DNA of 64,000 nucleotides from Capsulimonadaceae bacterium (GTDB lineage Bacteria; Armatimonadota; Armatimonadia; Armatimonadales; Capsulimonadaceae). Below the pieces are notes generated by a model. It was given only the letters and a program-made list of their open reading frames with translations, was not told the DNA's origin and ran no database searches. Both the position numbers and the translations under genes were made by a program. Location of the stretch: positions 992,001-1,056,000 of the forward strand of contig OZ244065.1 in the NCBI GenBank assembly GCA_965215505.1, given 5' to 3'. This document shows positions 57,956 through 64,000 of the stretch, in pieces (position 1 is the stretch's first letter; every line of letters starts with the position of its first letter).

Positions 57956-58348
57956 ATGCCGCAGCATGTCTGTAACGGCGCGGTGATGATGTGTTCGTTC
58001 GGCGTCGCCCCCTCCACGCTGATCGTCCTGCCGATCAACCGGGTGCTGACCAGCAATCAGCCCGCCGCGAACATCATGGACCACCTACCGATGGTCAACG
58101 TCATGCCGTTCGGGATGTGCATGACCCCGAGCAACCCGCAGGTGGCGGCGGCCACGGCGGCGGCCCTGGGCGTGCTGACGCCGATGCCCTGCGTCCCGAT
58201 GACGGAGGCCGCGCCCTGGGTGCCCGGCGCGGTGACTGTCCTGGAAGGGGGCCAGCCCGCCCTGGACAACACCTCCCAGCTCCTGTGCATGTGGGGCGGG
58301 GTCATCACGATCTCCGTGCCGGGCCAGTTCACCGAGGAGATTCCCTGA
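57956..58348 (+). CDS. PAAR-like spike tip protein (DUF4280)
   Basis: CSFG, PAANIMD, PFGMC, PCVP and C.WGG.I motifs. Confidence 0.92.
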   Translation: MPQHVCNGAVMMCSFGVAPSTLIVLPINRVLTSNQPAANIMDHLPMVNVMPFGMCMTPSNPQVAAATAAALGVLTPMPCVPMTEAAPWVPGAVTVLEGGQPALDNTSQLLCMWGGVITISVPGQFTEEIP

Positions 58349-58755
58349 TGCCCGACCCGACCAAAGACTTTTTGGGAGCCGGCTGGAAGTTCCCGCCGCG
58401 CCTGGATGCGCGGGGCTGCATCGAGCTGGTCTCGCAGGAGCAGGACATCGAGGAGGCCATCCAGATCATCCTGCTGACCAACAAGGGCGAGCGGCCGATG
58501 CGGCCCGAGTTCGGGTCCGAGCTGTCCCGGCTGACCTTCGCGCCCATCAACACGGCCACGGCGGGACTGGCCGCGCGCTACGTCCGCGAGGCCCTTGCCC
58601 GCTGGGAGCCGCGCATCGGCGTCACTCAAGTCTACGCGCAGCCGGACCCCGGCCACGAGAACCGCCTGATGATCAGCATTGATTACACCATCCCGGCGAC
58701 GAACTCGGACCGGAACCTCGTGTTCCCGTTCTACACGATCCCCGGAGAAGACTGA
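58348..58755 (+). CDS. baseplate GPW/gp25-family protein
   Basis: FLG.GW.FP, IL.T..GERPMRPEFG, WEPRI and NLVFPFY motifs; TGATG coupling. Confidence 0.95.
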   Translation: MPDPTKDFLGAGWKFPPRLDARGCIELVSQEQDIEEAIQIILLTNKGERPMRPEFGSELSRLTFAPINTATAGLAARYVREALARWEPRIGVTQVYAQPDPGHENRLMISIDYTIPATNSDRNLVFPFYTIPGED

Positions 58756-58791
58756 GATGAGAATACTGAGAAGAGAGGACTGAGAAGAGCC

Positions 58792-60954
58792 ATGTCCCTG
58801 AACGCGCCCAACCTCGACGACCGCACCTTCCAGGACATCGTGGACGACGTCAAGCGCCAGATCGGGCGGCGCTGCCCGGAGTGGACCGACCACAACGTCT
58901 CCGACCCCGGCGTCACGCTCATCGAGCTGTTCGCCTGGATGACGGACATGACGCTGTTCCGGCTCAACCAGGTCCCCGAGCGCAACTACATCAAGTTCCT
59001 GGAGATGATCGGCGTCTCGCTCCAGCCGCCCGCCCCGGCCCAGACCGACCTGCGCTTCCGCCTGTCCCGCGTCATCGAGGACCGGGACGGCGAGGAGGCC
59101 TTCGAGCGCCTGCTGCGCGCCCGCGAGACGGTCGCCGCCACCGTCCGCACCGACACCGAGATGTCCATCGAGTTCGCGACCGACGAGGACCTGCGCCTGG
59201 TCCGCCCCCGGCTGACCTATGTGACGGCCCTGCCGGCCGCCGAGGGCGGCGTCCCGAGCGAGGACGGGGCCGGGGCGCGCGACTTCATCGCGGGGAAGGA
59301 GGCCGCCGGGCAGGAAGCGTTCCGGCTCTTCAGCCCCGTCCCGCGCAGCGGCGACGCCCTGTATCTGGGCTTCGGGGGCGACGTTTCGGGCAACCTCATC
59401 CAGCTCGAGGCGGCCTGCGTCACCTCGGCGGCGACCGGGCTGGACCCCGACTACCCGGCCCAGCGCTGGGAGGTGTGGAACGGCGTCGAAAGCCGGTGGG
59501 ACGTTTTACAGGACGTGCGTGACACCACCTGCGGCTTCAACCTGCCGCCGGGCCGGCTTTATCAGGGCGAGCCGACCGGCCTGATCGAGCTGCCCCTGCC
59601 GCCCGGCCTCCTGCCGCGCCTGATCGGCGGGCGGCGCGCGACCTGGGTCCGGTGCCGCTACACCCCGGACCTGCCGCCGCGCGGCCCGGAGGGGAAACGC
59701 CCCACGCCTTACCAGAAGCCGCCGGAGTTCACGCGCCTCGAAGCCCGGACGGTCGGCGGCACCGCCCCCGCCTCCAACTGCGCCACGGTGAGCTTCCGCG
59801 ACCTGGGGCAGAGCGACGGCGCTTCGGGCCAGGTCTTCCGGCTCGCCCACCGCCCCATCCTGCCGCGCCGGCCCGGCGAGACGATCCTGATCGGGCCGCA
59901 GGGGACGCCGCGCGACGAGCTGGCCGAGTGGACCGAGGTGGAGGACTTCTCCGAGAGCGGGGCCGAGGACCGCCACTTCGTCTGCGACTCGGCGGCCGGA
60001 GAGGTCCTGTTCGGGCCGCTCGTCCCCGAGCCGGACGGCGGCAAGCCGCGCCAGTACGGCGCGGTCCCGGAGCGCGGCCACACCATCACCTTCTCGGCCT
60101 ACCGGCACGGCGGCGGCACGCGCGGGAACGTCGCGGCAGGCCAGGTCAGCATCCTTAAGTCCTCGATCCCGTACATCGCCGAGGTGACCAACCCGCGCCG
60201 CGCCGACGGCGGCCGGGAGCAGGAGATGCTGGAGCGCGCCAAGCTGCGCGCGCGCGCCATGCTGCGCCAGCGCGAGCGGGCGGTGACGGCGGAGGACTAC
60301 GAATTCCTCGCGGCCCAGGCCTCGTCGGGGGTCGCCCGCGCCCGCTGCGTCCAGCCCCGCGCCGTCCACGGCGCGGGCACGAACGGCGAACACATCCCGC
60401 CGGGCGTCGTGCGCGTCCTGCTCGTTCCCGCCCTGGGCGAAGCCGTGACGGTGCCGCGCCCCGCCGACCTGCACGTCCCGCCGCGCATCCGGCAGGACGT
60501 CCAGGAGTATCTGGACGAGCGCCGCCTGCTCACGACCGTCTTGGAAGTCGGCGAGCCGGAATACGTCTACGTCTCAACCGACATCACGCTGGTCGCCGAC
60601 CCGAGGGCGGACGCGGACCAGGTCGTCCGGGGCGTCCGGGCGCGTCTGGAAACCTTCCTGCACCCGCTGCGGGGCGGCCCGAACGGCGACGGCTGGCCGT
60701 TCCGCCGAGGCCTGCGTCTGGCCGACCTTTACGCGCAGGTCCAGGCGGCCTCGGGCGTCGCCTTCCTGACCGACGCCAGGATCTACGTTTCCCGCGTGAC
60801 CAACCCACAGGACGGGCTGTTCTCGCCGGAGCGGCAGGTTTCCAACGCGGAAGGCGTCCCGATGGGGGACAACGACCTGATCTGCACCCGCGAACACCGA
60901 ATCCGTGCCATCCCGATGTCACAGGTGGGACAGGAAGACGCGGCCTACGCCTGA
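58792..60954 (+). CDS. baseplate J-like assembly protein (Afp11-like)
   Basis: PNLDDRTFQD, PEWTDHNVSDPGVTLIE, RLNQVP, RAVTAEDYE and GWPF motifs. Confidence 0.95.
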   Translation: MSLNAPNLDDRTFQDIVDDVKRQIGRRCPEWTDHNVSDPGVTLIELFAWMTDMTLFRLNQVPERNYIKFLEMIGVSLQPPAPAQTDLRFRLSRVIEDRDGEEAFERLLRARETVAATVRTDTEMSIEFATDEDLRLVRPRLTYVTALPAAEGGVPSEDGAGARDFIAGKEAAGQEAFRLFSPVPRSGDALYLGFGGDVSGNLIQLEAACVTSAATGLDPDYPAQRWEVWNGVESRWDVLQDVRDTTCGFNLPPGRLYQGEPTGLIELPLPPGLLPRLIGGRRATWVRCRYTPDLPPRGPEGKRPTPYQKPPEFTRLEARTVGGTAPASNCATVSFRDLGQSDGASGQVFRLAHRPILPRRPGETILIGPQGTPRDELAEWTEVEDFSESGAEDRHFVCDSAAGEVLFGPLVPEPDGGKPRQYGAVPERGHTITFSAYRHGGGTRGNVAAGQVSILKSSIPYIAEVTNPRRADGGREQEMLERAKLRARAMLRQRERAVTAEDYEFLAAQASSGVARARCVQPRAVHGAGTNGEHIPPGVVRVLLVPALGEAVTVPRPADLHVPPRIRQDVQEYLDERRLLTTVLEVGEPEYVYVSTDITLVADPRADADQVVRGVRARLETFLHPLRGGPNGDGWPFRRGLRLADLYAQVQAASGVAFLTDARIYVSRVTNPQDGLFSPERQVSNAEGVPMGDNDLICTREHRIRAIPMSQVGQEDAAYA

Positions 60955-60975
60955 CGGGCGCGGCCAGGATGCCTC

Positions 60976-62142
60976 ATGGCTATTGAACAACAACCTGCCG
61001 GCGCTCAGGTCCCGCACCCGCTCCGCGCGGCGAACGGCGAGCGCCCCGCGCCGACCGCTGCGAGCGACTTTTCGGTCGAGCTGGTCTTCGACGAGGTGAC
61101 GCTGACCTTGCAGCAGGCCCACGCGCCGCCGCCTCCCGAGCGCCGCCCCGTCTCGCACTACGTCGGCGCGCAGCCCGGCGTAGATGTCCGCCTCCAGTCG
61201 GGGGACGACCGCCCGCGCCTGGTCCGGCTTTCCGCCCGGAGCGACGCCCCCGGCTGGAACCCGCACTGGGTCCGGTGGTCTTATACGGTGCGGCGGACGC
61301 CCGCCGACCTGGGCGGGGACGCATTGGCGGCCCAGGACGCTCTCGCCGAGGACGGGCGCGTGCTGGCCCTGCTGCTCCTGCCCGGCGAGCGGCGCGCGGC
61401 GACTTTGGAGTTCCACACGGCCCTCGACGGCGAGACGCCCCCCGGCGATTACCCGTTCGAGGTCGTGCTGACGGAAGCCGAAACCGGGGCGGAGACGTGC
61501 GCGGTCGGCCTGGCCCGGCTGCGCCACCCGCCCGCCGGCCTGCTCCAGAACCTACCCGCGCTCTACACGCAGACCCCGGCCACCCTGCCCCGGAAGTCCG
61601 ACCCTTACGAGGAACCGCCCTTCTTCGAGCGGTTCCTGCGCGGGTTCGAGGACGCGGGCGAGCCGCTGAACGAACTACTGGCGAGCCTGCACCGGCATTT
61701 CGACGCCGACTCCGCGCCCTCTGACTTCCTGCCCTGGCTGGCGACCTGGGTGGCGCTCGATCTGGACGAGAACTGGCTCCAGCTCCGGCGCCGCCGCCTG
61801 ATCAAAGAGGCGATCTGGCTGTACCGCTGGCGCGGCACCCGGCGGGGCCTGTCCCGTTACCTGGAGCTTTACTCGGGCGTCAAGCCGGAGATCAACGACC
61901 AGCCGTTCGCCGGGATGCGTCTCGGCCCAGGCACCTTGCTGGGGCGGGACACGGTGCTGGGCGGCGTCCAGCCGCACACGTTCGTCGTGACGATGGCCGT
62001 GCCGGACCCCTCGGCTCTGAGCGAGGAGACGATCCGGCTGATCATCGAGTCCCAGAAGCCGGCCCATGCCGCCTATGACCTCCGCATCGTCGAGCGCGAA
62101 GCGGGCCGCGCCGCGCCGCCGGAACTGCTTGAAGACGTGTAA
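60976..62142 (+). CDS. phage tail protein I-like baseplate protein with N-terminal extension
   Basis: LPALY...FFERFL..FE...AP.DFLPWLA.W...YRWRGT..GL...KPAH. Confidence 0.9.
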   Translation: MAIEQQPAGAQVPHPLRAANGERPAPTAASDFSVELVFDEVTLTLQQAHAPPPPERRPVSHYVGAQPGVDVRLQSGDDRPRLVRLSARSDAPGWNPHWVRWSYTVRRTPADLGGDALAAQDALAEDGRVLALLLLPGERRAATLEFHTALDGETPPGDYPFEVVLTEAETGAETCAVGLARLRHPPAGLLQNLPALYTQTPATLPRKSDPYEEPPFFERFLRGFEDAGEPLNELLASLHRHFDADSAPSDFLPWLATWVALDLDENWLQLRRRRLIKEAIWLYRWRGTRRGLSRYLELYSGVKPEINDQPFAGMRLGPGTLLGRDTVLGGVQPHTFVVTMAVPDPSALSEETIRLIIESQKPAHAAYDLRIVEREAGRAAPPELLEDV

Positions 62143-62178
62143 GCCCTAAGAAGTGAAGACCTGAAGAGGAGACCACCC

Positions 62179-63363
62179 GTGCCACTGGAAACCATGATCG
62201 CGAACAAGATCACCGGCATCCGGCCATTCAACGAGCTGCCGATAGACGCCGAGATCTGGAAGCAGGCGCACGACCACCACCACCTGCACCGCTATTTGCA
62301 TGCGGTGGCCGCCCACCGGCCCGGCGTCGTCACCGGCCTGGAAGTGGTCGCCTCGACGGTCAAGGACCGCACCGTCGTGGTCGCGCCCGGCGTCGCAATC
62401 GACTCGGAGGGGCAGACCCTGGTCGTCTCCGCGCCGGTCCCCCTGGAGATAGACCCGGTGCGCGGCAACGTCTACGTCACGCTGGCCTTCCAGCGCGAGC
62501 GGGACACGCGCTCCGCCGTCACCGTGGGCGGCGGGCAGGAACACTACCGGGAGATGGAGGGGCGCAAGCTGATCACGGTCAAGGAGCTGCCGAAGACGGC
62601 CTATATCGAGCTGGCGCGCATTTACTCGTCGGCGGCGGACAAGCCCGTCAAAGACGCCGCCAACCCGTCCGCCCCAGCCTTCGACGAGGTCAACCTGCTG
62701 TTCCGCCCGCTGGCATTCCCGCACTGCTACGCCGACACATCGGTCGGGGAACTCTCCTATGTGCCCAAGACGACCGCCTCGCCCTGGAACCCGAACCGCT
62801 CCGGCCTGTGGAACCTGCTGCGGGAGGGCAGCGGGCGGGGCTTCCACCTCGGCTTCACCGGCACCCTGGGATTGAAGGCGCTCGGCGCGGGCCAAGACGC
62901 CGGGCCGGAGCCGTCGCTGCTGTATGTGGCCGGGCGTCAGGGCTTCCAGCCCTTGGGGGAGCCGGAGCAGGACGGCCTCAAGAGGTTCCTTGACGGCGGC
63001 GGCCTGCTCTTGGGGGAGGCGGGGCAGGGCAGCGCGGAGTTCGCCGACGGTTTCAAGGAACTGGCCGGGAGGATGGGCGCGAAGCTGAAACCGGCCGGGA
63101 AGAGCCACCCGCTCCTGACCGCGCACTACGTCTTCTCCGCGCCGCCGCCCGGCGGGCAGGGTCAGGGCGAACTCCTGGCGGACATGGAGGCGGGCATCGT
63201 TTTCAGCAGCTACGACTACGGCGCGGCCTGGTCGGGGGAGGTCGAGAGGCCGGACGCGCCCGACGCGCGCGAGCGGATTCGGCAGGCCCAGGAGTTCGGC
63301 CTGAACTTCATCGCCGCCGCCGCCCGGCGGCGGCGGTTCCGCGAACTCGCCCGCCTGGGCTGA
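62179..63363 (+). CDS. eCIS-associated protein with C-terminal DUF4159-like domain
   Basis: GVV.GLEV...V.PGVAID..G N-domain; LKRFLDGGGLLL...HPL...DYG..W...FGLN C-domain. Confidence 0.75.
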   Translation: MPLETMIANKITGIRPFNELPIDAEIWKQAHDHHHLHRYLHAVAAHRPGVVTGLEVVASTVKDRTVVVAPGVAIDSEGQTLVVSAPVPLEIDPVRGNVYVTLAFQRERDTRSAVTVGGGQEHYREMEGRKLITVKELPKTAYIELARIYSSAADKPVKDAANPSAPAFDEVNLLFRPLAFPHCYADTSVGELSYVPKTTASPWNPNRSGLWNLLREGSGRGFHLGFTGTLGLKALGAGQDAGPEPSLLYVAGRQGFQPLGEPEQDGLKRFLDGGGLLLGEAGQGSAEFADGFKELAGRMGAKLKPAGKSHPLLTAHYVFSAPPPGGQGQGELLADMEAGIVFSSYDYGAAWSGEVERPDAPDARERIRQAQEFGLNFIAAAARRRRFRELARLG

Positions 63364-63398
63364 GGCATCTTCGGCGACAGCATCCAACAGAGGAGATC

Positions 63399-64000
63399 GT
63401 GGCACGAGTGGCAAGAACCAGAGGGCCTGAAAAGCTCAGTTTTGTGCGGAATCCCGCCCTCGGCAGCCTCCTCGCCGCGCCGGCGGGCGGGCGGGCGGAG
63501 GCGGAGTTCGATTTCATCAACGACAGCCCCGAGGTCGCGGCTTTCGAGCTGGCGGTGGACGGCCTTTCCCCGGACTGGCTGGGCGGGGTCGGCCCGCAGT
63601 CCGGCGCGATGGCGGCGGCCTCGGGCGGCGGCACCCTGCGGCTGCTGGTGGCCCCGCCACTCACGGCCAGTGTCGGCCAGTACGACTTCTCGGTCCGCAT
63701 CCTGTGCGGGGGGGATGCCATCGCGCCCGCGACCCCGCTCGTGCTACAGGTCGAGCCGGCGGCGGAGGCCTCCCCACTGGCCGCTACGCCCACAGCGCCG
63801 CCGCTGCCGCCGGAGCCGGTCACGGGTGCCGCCATGGTCTTCGCGCCCGAGCCTGTGCCCGAGCCTTTCGCCCCGGCGGCGGAAGCGGGGCAGGCCGAAC
63901 GGCCGCCCGCGCCGCGCCGCCGTCCGGTCGTGTCCAAAACGCCTCCCGCCGAAGCGCCCACCGTTGAAGCGCCCGCCACCGAAGCGCCCGCTGCCGAAGC
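63399..64000 (+). CDS. eCIS-associated Ig-like/Pro-rich protein (3'-truncated); absent from the ORF track
   Basis: AGGAG RBS, GTG start; MARVART...FELAVDGLSPDW...GQYDFSVRI; appears open to the window end. Confidence 0.7.
   Translation, partial: MARVARTRGPEKLSFVRNPALGSLLAAPAGGRAEAEFDFINDSPEVAAFELAVDGLSPDWLGGVGPQSGAMAAASGGGTLRLLVAPPLTASVGQYDFSVRILCGGDAIAPATPLVLQVEPAAEASPLAATPTAPPLPPEPVTGAAMVFAPEPVPEPFAPAAEAGQAERPPAPRRRPVVSKTPPAEAPTVEAPATEAPAAE

Noticed and set aside
38994-64000. Prophage or type VI secretion system
   Set aside because: No capsid, portal, terminase or integrase and no TssJLM/ClpV in the window; Pvc16, two gp19 tubes and DUF4157 fit eCIS.

Overview
GC-rich bacterial chromosome window. 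The mix of an LptD-like outer-membrane protein with sepF and hrcA points to a diderm Terrabacteria lineage such as Armatimonadota (inference only). Bases 1-27 kb are mostly housekeeping: hydrolases, acyl-CoA ligase, CPA1 antiporter, hrcA, Rrf2/iscS, phoU-yggS-sepF-proC, a CCA-type nucleotidyltransferase and lptD, with small low-GC islets and REP-like palindromes. Bases 27.9-37.1 kb hold an OmpR-type two-component system among secreted-protein genes whose promoters share one direct-repeat architecture, followed by an S53 protease. Next is tuf-rpmG-tRNA-Trp, preceded by an unusual tRNA-like RNA. From 39 kb to the end lies a large extracellular contractile injection system (eCIS) locus: Pvc16, sheath, two tubes, chaperone, LysM tube-initiator, VgrG, PAAR-like tip, gp25, baseplate J and tail-I. 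Its highlights are: (1) a 2036-aa multi-warhead DUF4157 cargo containing a lipase, a second lipase whose catalytic elbow has been amplified into a 36-bp tandem repeat, and a phospholipase C-like C-terminus; (2) a probable programmed -1 frameshift joining the chaperone to a start-less downstream ORF; (3) a ~415-nt multi-hairpin leader RNA in front of the sheath gene. All family calls come from motif recognition by eye, not database searches.
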